From positions 329,789 through 361,788 of the forward strand of contig JAMWCX010000001.1 of the NCBI GenBank assembly GCA_023818895.1: a DNA stretch of 32,000 nt, written 5' to 3'. The notes below the pieces were generated by a model. The model had not been told where the DNA came from, did not search any database, and worked only from the letters and a program-made list of their open reading frames with translations. This document shows, one piece after another, positions 22,356 through 31,799 of this stretch. Source of the stretch: Candidatus Omnitrophota bacterium (GTDB taxonomy: Bacteria > Omnitrophota > Gorgyraeia > 2-01-FULL-45-10). The translations under genes were made by a program, and so were the position numbers. Position 1 is the first letter of the stretch, and every line of letters begins with the position of its first letter.

Positions 22356-23446
22356 TTTAAGCCGGACAGGACTTTGTCGATATCGATACGCGCCTGCACC
22401 ATGTCAACGATTATCTTTATCTTCTCTTTATCCTGAGGCTTGAGTTTCACAACCATTGAGTTTATACGTGAGGCTACCGCATACGTATCGTCTTTCGTAA
22501 TAAGGGCTGCTATGCGCGATCTTTCTATCGAGCGAAGGCTTCCGCGCTTTGGCATAAGCCCGCCGGATAATATTATCCCTGAAACCTTGTAGTTCTTTTT
22601 CGTCCTGCCAGTATGCACCCTGCAAACAGCTTCGATAATGTCGTCCCTATCTCCAGGCACGATGATCAGAGAGTTATTGCGTATATATTCGATAGCGTCC
22701 TTAAAATTCATCGCGCCTATGAGAACATTCTCGACAGGCCTGTCGAGGCTTTCGCCTGAATAAAGGGTTTCAATCTTTATCTCTTCCTTTATCTCGCGCA
22801 TGGTCGGTATATCCAGTATTTTCTGGTAAGGAAGAACGCCGAAAACGTTCAGACCTTTTTGTTCAAGCCCTTTCCTTACAAGCCGTGCTATCTTTTCATA
22901 TTTTTCGGGAAGGACCTTATTGACAACCACACCGGCCAGTTTAACGCCTTCCTTGTCAAACAGCGCTTTGTTAAGCATTATCTCGTCGATTGGCTTACCC
23001 ACTCCTCCTGAAGATATTAGAAGAACGTTTGAATCGAGAAGATTCGCCACCGCCGCATTTGACAACCCAAAAACACTTCCTACACCTGCGTGCCCCGTAC
23101 CCTCTATTATAACCAGATCATTCTCTTTCGCTATACGCTCATAAGCTTCTGTTATCTGTTTGGTGTAATCCTCTTCCGCCCCTCTCTCTATGAAACGCTC
23201 GGTAAACCCTCTCTCTATGGCAACGGGCGACATGTCTTTTATGTTGCACTTAATGCCGAAAACTTCTTCGATAAGCACGGAATCCTCATCAACCTGGTAG
23301 CCCTGCTCGACTAAATAACGCTGGCCTATCGGCTTGATGAACCCGATTCGCTCAAAACGTTTCTTGAGAGCGGCAATCAGGCCAAGCGATACGGTCGTCT
23401 TGCCATCGTTCTGCATCGTAGCGGCTATGAAGATCTTTTTCGCCAT
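22352..23446 (-). CDS. P-loop (BioD/CobQ-like) plus DRTGG domain protein, resembling the N-terminal part of phosphotransacetylase without the catalytic PTA domain
   Basis: KIFIAATMQNDGKTTVSLGL P-loop-like N-terminus and IIVPGDRDDIIEAV (DRTGG motif). 364 aa. Confidence 0.6.
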   Translation of the reverse strand: MAKKIFIAATMQNDGKTTVSLGLIAALKKRFERIGFIKPIGQRYLVEQGYQVDEDSVLIEEVFGIKCNIKDMSPVAIERGFTERFIERGAEEDYTKQITEAYERIAKENDLVIIEGTGHAGVGSVFGLSNAAVANLLDSNVLLISSGGVGKPIDEIMLNKALFDKEGVKLAGVVVNKVLPEKYEKIARLVRKGLEQKGLNVFGVLPYQKILDIPTMREIKEEIKIETLYSGESLDRPVENVLIGAMNFKDAIEYIRNNSLIIVPGDRDDIIEAVCRVHTGRTKKNYKVSGIILSGGLMPKRGSLRSIERSRIAALITKDDTYAVASRINSMVVKLKPQDKEKIKIIVDMVQARIDIDKVLSGLK

Positions 23447-23468
23447 AGAAACTAGATATAAGATTCGG

Positions 23469-24269
23469 CTATATCAGCCTCTTGTCCCTAAACGCCTTTA
23501 TGTAGCCAGCGCAATACTGGTCCTCATTGAGCAAGACAGCCGATGCAGCCATCGCGGAAGAGATATGTCTATCGGTAGGATCAAGGATCGCCGCATCAAG
23601 GCCTGCGGCGGCCGCCATCGATAGGAAAGCGGCGTTTACAGTGCCTCTATGAGGCAGGCCGAATGATACATTCGAAAGGCCGCATATCGTCTTTACATTG
23701 CCGAGCCCCTTTATCGCGGGAATCGCCCTAAGGAACTCTAACGCCTGGCCAGGTTCAGTTGCCACGGGTCTTATTAGCGCGTCAAAATAAAGGTCCTCGG
23801 TATTGAATCCGCCCTTTTTGACATGCTCAACTATCTTCTTAGCTATCTCAACTCTTTCGGCGGCGCTATTCGGCATCCCTTTTTCATCCATGGTAAGAGC
23901 AATGAGTTTGGTCTTGTATTTTACAGCCATTGGGAGGATTTTAGCAATCCTTGGCTCTTCACCTGTTATCGAATTTATGAAAATTTTTCCTTTGCCCTTA
24001 TAGACCGTCAAGGCCTTTTCGATAGCACGATAATTGGGGCTGTCTATGCAGATATTTATTTCCGGGATCTCGCTCTGCAGAACGCTTATAATCCAATCCA
24101 TATCCTGCAATTCGTCCCCCGTTGTGACGGCACAGTTTATATCGATGTAATCGGCTCCGGCCCTCAGCTGAGCGGAAGCCTCCTTAAGTATATGAGCGGC
24201 ATTCCGTGCCTTGATCGCTTCCTCTATGCGCGGCCTGGTTGAGTTTATCCTCTCTCCTATAATAAGCAT
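23469..24269 (-). CDS. Pterin-binding methyltransferase, second AcsE/MeTr-like paralog
   Basis: MLIIGERINSTR, DYIDIN, LSNVSFGLP, and C-terminal YCAGYIKAF. Colinear with AcsE but more divergent than the 26070-26858 copy. Confidence 0.7.
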   Translation of the reverse strand: MLIIGERINSTRPRIEEAIKARNAAHILKEASAQLRAGADYIDINCAVTTGDELQDMDWIISVLQSEIPEINICIDSPNYRAIEKALTVYKGKGKIFINSITGEEPRIAKILPMAVKYKTKLIALTMDEKGMPNSAAERVEIAKKIVEHVKKGGFNTEDLYFDALIRPVATEPGQALEFLRAIPAIKGLGNVKTICGLSNVSFGLPHRGTVNAAFLSMAAAAGLDAAILDPTDRHISSAMAASAVLLNEDQYCAGYIKAFRDKRLI

Positions 24270-25208
24270 CTACTTCTCCCTTAATTGTTTTTCATAACTG
24301 GACTCGATAGTTTTCACAAGGTTGGTCAGCACCTCGTTTATAGGTGTCGGAATCGCGAGCGCCTTCGCCTGCCGTACTATCGCGCCGTTGATGAAATCTA
24401 TCTCCGTCTTCTTTCTATTGAGGACATCCTGTAACATGCTCGATACATTAGACGCTGTCGCCCTGCAAACCGACTCCACCTTCTGTATAGGATCGTCATA
24501 AGATAGCTTTATACGCTTGCGCTTGACGAGCCTGACCGCTTCCTGTACGGCGCAGCGCATCACCTGACGGCACTCATCATACTCCACCAGGGCGCCGTTA
24601 TTAAGCCGTGTAACGGCGGTCAAGGCATTTATACCCGCGTTTATTATAAGCTTGCTCCATATGACAGATTCTATATCTTTCGATATTTTGGTCTCGAAGC
24701 CGGCTTTTGAAAGAACATTCGCCACCTCACGTATGGCGCCCAGCACCCTGCCATCCGCTCTGCCGATTGTAGTGTCGGCCTTACCCGCATGGCGCACGTG
24801 CCCAATACCGAGCAAGGTTGCTCCATGATTTGTCACCCCCGCCATTACTTTTTCGGCTCCGAACTGGTCGTTCATTATTTGCACGTTGCCTATGCCGTTC
24901 TGAAGCGTCAATACGCTCGTAGAGGTCCCAACTAGTTCCTTAATATCCCTGCAAGCCTCTTCTGTTGAGTAGCTCTTTACGCACAGAATAACAAGATCGC
25001 AAACGCCAATATCCTTGGCGCTAGAGGCGGTGTTTACCCTGGCCGTAAATTGACCGCTCACCCCTTCTACCTTTATGCCGTTTTCGGAAATCTTTTTGGC
25101 CCTCTCCGGCATATTGTCGAAAAGCCAGACATCCTCACGCGTCCTGTTCTTTATGGATGCAGCGAGCAGACATCCCAGCGCTCCAGGCCCTACAACGACT
25201 ATCTTCAT
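24270..25208 (-). CDS. panE: 2-dehydropantoate 2-reductase
   Basis: MKIVVVGPGALGC Rossmann N-terminus and ApbA/PanE-type C-terminal domain (WSKLIINAGINALTA). Confidence 0.8.
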   Translation of the reverse strand: MKIVVVGPGALGCLLAASIKNRTREDVWLFDNMPERAKKISENGIKVEGVSGQFTARVNTASSAKDIGVCDLVILCVKSYSTEEACRDIKELVGTSTSVLTLQNGIGNVQIMNDQFGAEKVMAGVTNHGATLLGIGHVRHAGKADTTIGRADGRVLGAIREVANVLSKAGFETKISKDIESVIWSKLIINAGINALTAVTRLNNGALVEYDECRQVMRCAVQEAVRLVKRKRIKLSYDDPIQKVESVCRATASNVSSMLQDVLNRKKTEIDFINGAIVRQAKALAIPTPINEVLTNLVKTIESSYEKQLREK

Positions 25209-25216
25209 GATATCTC

Positions 25217-26059
25217 CTAATCCTTCATGAGCTTCGAAAACTCTTCTTCATTTATCGCGAAGGTATGCTCCGCAGCTGGAAAAGATCCTGTCTCCACTTC
25301 AGACTTGTACTTCTTGAAGGCCTCCAAGATCAACGGCGCAAGCTTGACATACTGCTTTACAAACTTAGGGACAAACCTGTCAAAAAGGCCCACCATGTCA
25401 TTGGTAACGAGAACCTGTCCGTCGCAGTAAGGGCCTGCGCCGCAGCTTATAGTCGGAATCGAAATCCTCTCCGTGATAAGCTTTGCGACCTTGTCCGGCA
25501 CGCATTCCAGCACTATCGCGAAACACCCCGCCTTCTCAAGAAGACGCGCGTCATCGAGAATCTTGCGCGCCGCTTCTGCCGACTTTCCCTGTATCTTATA
25601 GCCGCCAAGCTTCGATACCGTTTGGGGGGTAAGCCCCAGATGGCCAAGAACCGGAATACCGGCATTGACTATAGCCTTTGTAACGCCAACGACTTCGCTT
25701 CCGCCCTCCAGCTTAACCGCATCACAGCCGGCTTCTTTCATGAAACGGCTGGCGTTGCGTATAGCATCTTCGTTAGAGACTTGGTACGACATGAACGGCA
25801 TATCGCCTATGAGGAGGGCATACTTTGTCCCGCGCCGGACAGCCTTTGCGTGATGTATCATCTCGTCCATAGTGACAGGCACGGTCGACTCGTAGCCCAG
25901 AACAACCATACCGAGAGAATCGCCCACAAGGATCGAGTCTATTTCTGCGTTATCAACAAGCTTCGCCATCGGATAATCATAGGCGGTAAGCATCGTTATC
26001 TTCTTGCCGTCTCGTTTTTTGGCCTGCAAATCCGTTATCGTAATTTTCTTGCGCTCCAT
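25217..26059 (-). CDS. panB: 3-methyl-2-oxobutanoate hydroxymethyltransferase
   Basis: LTAYDYPMAKL, LVGDSLGMVVLGY, and GHLGLTPQ motifs. I prefer ATG 26059, which has GAGGAG 6-11 nt upstream. The track's GTG 26104 would overlap acsE by 35 nt. Confidence 0.9.
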   Translation of the reverse strand: MERKKITITDLQAKKRDGKKITMLTAYDYPMAKLVDNAEIDSILVGDSLGMVVLGYESTVPVTMDEMIHHAKAVRRGTKYALLIGDMPFMSYQVSNEDAIRNASRFMKEAGCDAVKLEGGSEVVGVTKAIVNAGIPVLGHLGLTPQTVSKLGGYKIQGKSAEAARKILDDARLLEKAGCFAIVLECVPDKVAKLITERISIPTISCGAGPYCDGQVLVTNDMVGLFDRFVPKFVKQYVKLAPLILEAFKKYKSEVETGSFPAAEHTFAINEEEFSKLMKD

Positions 26060-26069
26060 CTTTTCTCCT

Positions 26070-26858
26070 CTATTTCTTTCTATAAGCGTCCAGGAATGAA
26101 TCACAGTATATATTCTTGTTTAGTATCAACTCGGCTGTTATCATCGCGTCCATGAGCTCCTTGTCAAGAGGGTCGAGAATCGCGGATGTGAGACCGTTCG
26201 CGATAGCCATAGTAAGGAATGTTCGGTTGACAAGGCTGCGGTACTTTGTACCCTGCGAAACGTTGGAAAGCCCTATCGTAGTATTGGGCGCCGGATCGCA
26301 TAGCATCCTGAATTCCCGCAACGATTCGATAACCTCATGCCCCTGAGTCTGCGCGACATTCACAGGAAGAACTATAGGATCAAGAAAAAGGTCCTCAGTA
26401 TTGATGCCGTACTCCATCGCCTTAGCCACTATGGCCGCGGCGAGCTCCAGCCTCTTATCCTTCGAATTCGGGACGCCGGACCTGTCCATCGCAAGCCCTA
26501 TGACCTGCGCGTTGTATTCTTTTGCCAGCCCAAATATCCTGGACATCTTCTCCTCATCAGCGCTGGTCGAATTTATTATAGCCCTCTTGGAGACAAGCTT
26601 CAGCCCTTCTTCGATAACCTCTGGCTTGGTCGAATCAAGGGCAAGCGGCACGCTTACAGTTTTCTGTATCGCCTCAACAAGCCACTTCATGTCATCCACT
26701 GGATTCTTAGAGTAGGGGCCGGTATTCACATCTAGCACTTGGGCCCCTGCCTTTACCTGATCCTCAGCAAGGTGCTGAATCACATCTACCTCCCTATTAT
26801 CTATGGCCCTTGCCACATCTTTGAACATCCCGTTGATCAGCTCGCCTATTACTATCAC
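26070..26858 (-). CDS. acsE: Methyltetrahydrofolate:corrinoid/iron-sulfur protein methyltransferase
   Basis: MIVIGELINGMF, LDVNTGP, INSTSA, DPAPNTTIGLSNVSQG, and NKNIYCDSF. Closely colinear with Moorella-type AcsE as I recall it. GTG start in a GTGA overlap with acsD. Confidence 0.85.
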   Translation of the reverse strand: MIVIGELINGMFKDVARAIDNREVDVIQHLAEDQVKAGAQVLDVNTGPYSKNPVDDMKWLVEAIQKTVSVPLALDSTKPEVIEEGLKLVSKRAIINSTSADEEKMSRIFGLAKEYNAQVIGLAMDRSGVPNSKDKRLELAAAIVAKAMEYGINTEDLFLDPIVLPVNVAQTQGHEVIESLREFRMLCDPAPNTTIGLSNVSQGTKYRSLVNRTFLTMAIANGLTSAILDPLDKELMDAMITAELILNKNIYCDSFLDAYRKK

Positions 26859-27787
26859 GTCTTAGCCCCTTTCATTATAATACCTATATACCTTTCAACC
26901 GCCTTTGCCGCGTCGGGATGGCGCATGACCAGAAGGTCTGCTCCGGCCTGAACAAGCGAAACGGCTGTCGCGATCTCCCAGTTTATGCCCTGGGTCTTGA
27001 CCGACTCTTTGGCCTCCTTGGTCTTCCATACTTCCTGACCCACAAAAAGGACAAAAGGCATCGCGAGCATCCTGTCGCCTATAAACGCGGCAAGCCTTCC
27101 GCGCTCCATTATCGAATAGACATATTCCATGCCATAGCCTAAGGAGGTGGTGGTCGGATGCATAATGATCCTTTTCGGATCGAACCCCATATCGCTTATA
27201 AGTATGTTCACCTGTTTCGCTATGTTGATATCTATCGGCGACTCGGCGATCAGTGAATGGCCATCCGCCAGAGCGGTTGCTGTTAGCGTCTTATAGTTTG
27301 ACTGCGTAGCAGTACCAAGAAGACAATTATGCCCTTTAAGAGCCTGACTCACCTTAGGCATGGAGTCATTATCTATCTCGTCATCGCCACACCCTAAAAC
27401 GATAAGAGGTACTTTTGTCACCGCCAATATAGCTTTTACAATCTCTGCCGCTTCGTCTGCCGGCCTGCCCCCGTAATCAGGATGCATTCCCTGCAATCGT
27501 ACGCATAGAATCTTGGCGCCGAATCTACCAACGCATGCCTTAGCCCATGCCACAGGGTCCTTGATCGCTTCCCCGTATGCTTGCCTGACACTCTCTGCCC
27601 AGTCATCAGGCTGGTAATCCGCTATCTCCAGAGCAACTACAGGAGGATTGGGGCAATCTCCTTCTTCAAAAAGTAGCGGCAGGCAACTCTGACCCCCTAT
27701 TCTAACAGCGGCGCCAACCCCTCCCCCGCCGATCTCAACCATATTTATCGGAGCGCTGCACTTTTCCTTAATAAGTTCTATTGACAT
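26855..27787 (-). CDS. acsD: Corrinoid iron-sulfur protein small subunit (AcsD / CdhD-like)
   Basis: 310 aa. Sits between cooC and acsE, as in the Moorella acs operon order acsC-orf7-acsF-acsD-acsE. GGAGAA Shine-Dalgarno before the ATG. Called mainly on size and synteny. Confidence 0.7.
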   Translation of the reverse strand: MSIELIKEKCSAPINMVEIGGGGVGAAVRIGGQSCLPLLFEEGDCPNPPVVALEIADYQPDDWAESVRQAYGEAIKDPVAWAKACVGRFGAKILCVRLQGMHPDYGGRPADEAAEIVKAILAVTKVPLIVLGCGDDEIDNDSMPKVSQALKGHNCLLGTATQSNYKTLTATALADGHSLIAESPIDINIAKQVNILISDMGFDPKRIIMHPTTTSLGYGMEYVYSIMERGRLAAFIGDRMLAMPFVLFVGQEVWKTKEAKESVKTQGINWEIATAVSLVQAGADLLVMRHPDAAKAVERYIGIIMKGAKT

Positions 27788-27788
27788 A

Positions 27789-28523
27789 TTATTTCTCCGT
27801 CAATTTGTCCACAATCCGCTCTATTTCATGCTGCACGGCTTTGCTTTTAAACTCAAAGATGCTCTTATTTGAAACACTCCACCGAACAAGCTCCTTACTG
27901 TACGGCACCTCACCCGCCACCTCAAGTCCGGTCTTTTCTATATCCGATTTCAGGACAGATAAAGGACCGGATACCCTGTTGACTATTAGGTATGCGCTTC
28001 CGATCTTTATCTTGAGATCCATGGCAAGATCGTAAATCTTCTTCGTCGAACGCACTCCCGCAACCGAATAATCACTCACAAGGACAAGCCTTGATATCTG
28101 ACCTGTCGTCCTGCGGGAAATATGCTCCATACCGGCGGCGTTATCTATTATCACGAAATCGTAGTTTTTCGTGATCCTGCCTATTATGTCCCGCAGGAGG
28201 CTGTTGACATAACAATAACAACCCGGCCCTTCGGGCCTGCCCATCACAAGAAGATCGAAAGCATCGGCTTCCGCAAGCGATTCCTGAACCCTCATCTCAA
28301 TAAAACGGTCTTTCGTCATGCCCGACGGGATGGTGTCCATATGTCGGGATATATCTTCGCATATACCAACAATCGTCTGGGCATCATGAACTCCAAGGGC
28401 GTCCGCAAAACAAGAATTCGGATCAGCGTCTATGGCGAGTATTGAAGTCTTGCCCTCAGCGGCCAAACGCGCCGTTATCAAGGCCGCTATCGTCGTCTTC
28501 CCCGTTCCGCCCTTTCCGTTCAC
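27789..28523 (-). CDS. cooC: CO dehydrogenase/acetyl-CoA synthase nickel-insertion ATPase (CooC/AcsF family)
   Basis: Deviant Walker A GKGGTGKTT and EGPGCYCYVNS (CxC metal site). The track start is GTG 28523. See the finding on a probable upstream ATC start at 28541. Confidence 0.85.
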   Translation of the reverse strand: MNGKGGTGKTTIAALITARLAAEGKTSILAIDADPNSCFADALGVHDAQTIVGICEDISRHMDTIPSGMTKDRFIEMRVQESLAEADAFDLLVMGRPEGPGCYCYVNSLLRDIIGRITKNYDFVIIDNAAGMEHISRRTTGQISRLVLVSDYSVAGVRSTKKIYDLAMDLKIKIGSAYLIVNRVSGPLSVLKSDIEKTGLEVAGEVPYSKELVRWSVSNKSIFEFKSKAVQHEIERIVDKLTEK

Positions 28524-28525
28524 CG

Positions 28526-30421
28526 CTATAACCGTACCGATGGGAACCTCCCGAGATCGGTGTGCGGGAAAAACAGGGATGCTATATATTCATCCATGTA
28601 ATTCGGTTCCGCACTCAAATCGAGATAAGTGATATTCTTATATATTCTCATCGTCATCTCATATGCCTCATGAGACAATAAAGCCATCCTGGCGCCGGCC
28701 AGAGAAGAGTTACCCACAAACTCATAGACGCTCCTGGCGATATCCGGCAGGAGCCCGATGTATATGGAATTCTCTATATTAAGGTAGTTCCCGAATCCGC
28801 CGGCAATGTATATTCTCTTGACCTCATCAATGCTCTTACCTACCTTATTGAGAAGCGCTATTATCGCGCTGTATATAGCCCCTTTTGAACGCTTAAGATT
28901 TTCAATATCATCCTCATGCACGGCGATATCTTTCTCGGCTCCGGACTCGCCTTTGAACACCACGACAAACTCATAACCGGTATCGGTCTTCCTAATTCTT
29001 TTGGAAAGTTTTAGGCGGTCTATCTTGCCATCTTTGGTTATGATCCCGCGCTTAAGCATCTGGCATAGTATATCTATATAACCCGAACCGCATATCCCCT
29101 TTGGCGAAAGCTCCCCGATTGTCCATGTCTGGACATTGAAATCCTCATCTATAGCTACTTTCTGTATGGCGCCCTGCACGGCTTTCATGCCGCAGCTTAG
29201 ACCGCTTCCTTCGAAAGCAGGACCAGCGCTCGCCGCCGCGCCTATCATCCAGTCCTTATTACCCAGCACGACCTCGCCATTGGTCCCGATATCGACAAGC
29301 AAACATGTCTCTTCGCTCTCCGCAATCCCGCAAGCAAGTAAACCAGCCACTATGTCCCCTCCGAGATAAGTGCTTACGCCCGGTATAAACGCCGCCACCC
29401 CTTTGGGATTTATTTCCAGCGAAAGCTCGGAGGCGCTCACCGGTGGAAAGGCGTTTACGGTGGGCACGTACGGTGCCTTCCTTATGTTAGATGGGTCTAT
29501 TTTAAGAAGAAGATGCATCATCGTCATATTGCCTGCGCAGACCACAGCGTACACGTCAGCCATGGAAACCCTGCACGAGGCGACAAGATCTTCCACTATC
29601 TCGTTTATGTTATCCAGAATGGCGCTATTCAACCTTCCCAGCCCGTCTTCGTGCTGCGAGGCGTATATGATCCTCGTTATGACATCGCTGCCGTAGGAGG
29701 CCTGCTTGTTGAACGCTATCCTTGTGCCGAGAATCGATTTTGTATTCATGTCGATAAGCTGTCCGACCACTGTCGTAGTCCCGATATCGAACGCGAAGGC
29801 ATAGTTAGAGGCCGTGGTGTCACCGGGCTCGACCGAAAGCATCTCGAAAAAACCGTCCTTATAAGAAAGCACCGCGGTTATCTTAAAATCGCTATCGCGT
29901 ATAACCTCGCTCAGATGCTTTAAGTTAGCCAGCCTGGTCGAAAGATGCAAACCGCCTATTTTAGCCCTCAGGTGCTTTTCTATCCTCTCAAGGTCGCTTG
30001 AATTATCATCGGTAGTAGGCCTCTCAAGTTCTATGAATATCTTACGAACAAAGGGTGAAAATATAAATGCCGATTCCCTCTCAAGCACAATACCCTTGGT
30101 GAAATCTTCGGCCTCGTGGCTTGCGTGAGCATGCGCTTCAACCGATTCCTTGGGAACATTAACTTCTAAATCACTCTCGACAATGGCCTGGCAGGCAAGC
30201 ACCATCCCCTTCTTCCTGTCAGCGTCACTGATAAGGTTTGAGTATTCGGACTTCACCGTGCCTTTTTTTACGATGAGGCGACATTTACCGCACAACCCCT
30301 CACCTCCGCAGGGAGCAGTCAATATTATCCCGGCTTTAGTGGCGGCGGTAAGAAGGTCTGTGCCTTGCGGCACAGATACTTTCTTATCTTGCGGTTGAAA
30401 TTTTATAGCGAACTGGCGCAT
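28526..30421 (-). CDS. Reductive activator of the corrinoid/Fe-S protein (RACo/AcsV-like): N-terminal [2Fe-2S] ferredoxin plus ASKHA ATPase (DUF4445)
   Basis: CGGEGLCGKCRLIV plant-type ferredoxin motif, then FAFDIGTTTVVG and LLVDIGTNGEV ASKHA phosphate motifs. 631 aa. Located between acsC and cooC. Confidence 0.8.
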   Translation of the reverse strand: MRQFAIKFQPQDKKVSVPQGTDLLTAATKAGIILTAPCGGEGLCGKCRLIVKKGTVKSEYSNLISDADRKKGMVLACQAIVESDLEVNVPKESVEAHAHASHEAEDFTKGIVLERESAFIFSPFVRKIFIELERPTTDDNSSDLERIEKHLRAKIGGLHLSTRLANLKHLSEVIRDSDFKITAVLSYKDGFFEMLSVEPGDTTASNYAFAFDIGTTTVVGQLIDMNTKSILGTRIAFNKQASYGSDVITRIIYASQHEDGLGRLNSAILDNINEIVEDLVASCRVSMADVYAVVCAGNMTMMHLLLKIDPSNIRKAPYVPTVNAFPPVSASELSLEINPKGVAAFIPGVSTYLGGDIVAGLLACGIAESEETCLLVDIGTNGEVVLGNKDWMIGAAASAGPAFEGSGLSCGMKAVQGAIQKVAIDEDFNVQTWTIGELSPKGICGSGYIDILCQMLKRGIITKDGKIDRLKLSKRIRKTDTGYEFVVVFKGESGAEKDIAVHEDDIENLKRSKGAIYSAIIALLNKVGKSIDEVKRIYIAGGFGNYLNIENSIYIGLLPDIARSVYEFVGNSSLAGARMALLSHEAYEMTMRIYKNITYLDLSAEPNYMDEYIASLFFPHTDLGRFPSVRL

Positions 30422-31759
30422 CTAATCCTTCCAGCTCCTCAAGTAATTAGTGATTCCGGAGGCTTCACGCGGCCCTACGGAAACCTTCCAGCCGGATACT
30501 TCCTCGAGTTTTCCGCTTAAGACCGAGACATATCCCGGTATGGTCACCTTGCGATGCGAGACCTTGCCCTCGATCCCACTCTTTTTTAAAGTATCCGCTA
30601 TTTTTTCGGCTGTGAACTTCTCAGCGGCCCAAGCTGTGAGTACGGACATGCCTTCCGAGTCGCAACAAACGATATAAGAAGGAACTTTGCTCGCCTCTAC
30701 CTCCGCGGCGACTGTAAAATATGTTATCGAAAAATTCGTGGTTACCAAGACGGGCGATTGTCTGGTGACCTTGCCGATCTCGTAGACCTTTGCTTCAACC
30801 TGTACCGGTTTCTGCGGATCCTGATATATGTCCTGCCGCGCGACCAAAAGAGGATAGACAAAGTCCCTGTCTGTATTCTTCACTATGATAATACCGGCAT
30901 ATTTTGTCACATAGGTCACGGCTTCGGCAAGCTCAAGGACAGGGTCGCTTTCCTCGGTAAAAGCCATGACTGGATAACCTAAAGGCCTGAAATTCTTTTT
31001 TAATGCGCTGCGGCGTATATATGTAAAATACTGTATCCGCTTGGAAAGCCTCTTCTCGCTAAGATTTATGACTATCTCATCTACGCCGGCCGCCTTCGCC
31101 GTAGTCGTGATCTCGGCTGTCTCTTCAAGGCTCGCGCAGGAAATAGCCATAGGCACACCGAACTCCTTCGCAAGGTTTATGAAGGCCGTCGAAGAGGCCT
31201 TTTCGCCGCAAACTATAAGCGGCCTTTTTTCACGGCATAATTTCAGCGCCTCCGCCATTGTCCCTTCATCATCACCGTATAAGGCTATGGCCAGCTTCGA
31301 GACCGCCTCAACGGTACTAACCGCTGCCAGGAATTTATTCCTATATCCGGATGTGTTTTTTACACAAACGAGATCGGGCCTGATCACTTGCCCGACGCGT
31401 TCAAACCTCAGCTCGTTTATATTCTCTAAAGTCTTACTGATCTCTTCCTTGCTCAACGTATCATCAATAAGAAATCCTATGGCACATGGATGATGAAACT
31501 TCTGCTCGTGCCTATACATCACCGTTTCGTTGCCCACCTCAAATTTCGCGCCTTGGACTCCCACCGTGACAAGCTTTATAGGCGGCTGGCTCGCGCTTTC
31601 AAGGGCATCCCGCGCCTGAGCCGAAACATGAGGACACTTTTCGAGCGAGACCTTCTTCTGGGCAAGCGCCATCGCGAAAGCAAGGCAGGTGGCAAAACCG
31701 CAGTCTTTGCAATTTGTCTTCGGCAAAAGTTTATATATATCAAGTCCCGATAATGCCAT
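30422..31759 (-). CDS. acsC: Corrinoid iron-sulfur protein large subunit (AcsC / CdhE-like)
   Basis: N-terminal [4Fe-4S] motif LPKTNCKDCGFATCLAFAMALAQKK...CP, followed by TIM-barrel and corrinoid-binding parts. I prefer ATG 31759, which has GAAGGGGG upstream. The track starts at TTG 31774. Confidence 0.85.
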   Translation of the reverse strand: MALSGLDIYKLLPKTNCKDCGFATCLAFAMALAQKKVSLEKCPHVSAQARDALESASQPPIKLVTVGVQGAKFEVGNETVMYRHEQKFHHPCAIGFLIDDTLSKEEISKTLENINELRFERVGQVIRPDLVCVKNTSGYRNKFLAAVSTVEAVSKLAIALYGDDEGTMAEALKLCREKRPLIVCGEKASSTAFINLAKEFGVPMAISCASLEETAEITTTAKAAGVDEIVINLSEKRLSKRIQYFTYIRRSALKKNFRPLGYPVMAFTEESDPVLELAEAVTYVTKYAGIIIVKNTDRDFVYPLLVARQDIYQDPQKPVQVEAKVYEIGKVTRQSPVLVTTNFSITYFTVAAEVEASKVPSYIVCCDSEGMSVLTAWAAEKFTAEKIADTLKKSGIEGKVSHRKVTIPGYVSVLSGKLEEVSGWKVSVGPREASGITNYLRSWKD

Positions 31760-31799
31760 ATAAGCCCCCTTCAATCATAGACAAAACCCTTTCTTAAAG

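Noticed and set aside
25265-26155. Plus-strand 296-aa ORF.
   Set aside because: Antisense to the clearly identifiable panB and acsE. The sequence is Arg/Leu-rich and low in information. The same reasoning applies to 17646-18446, 11729-12259, 13744-14220, 31041-31493 and 29513-29923.
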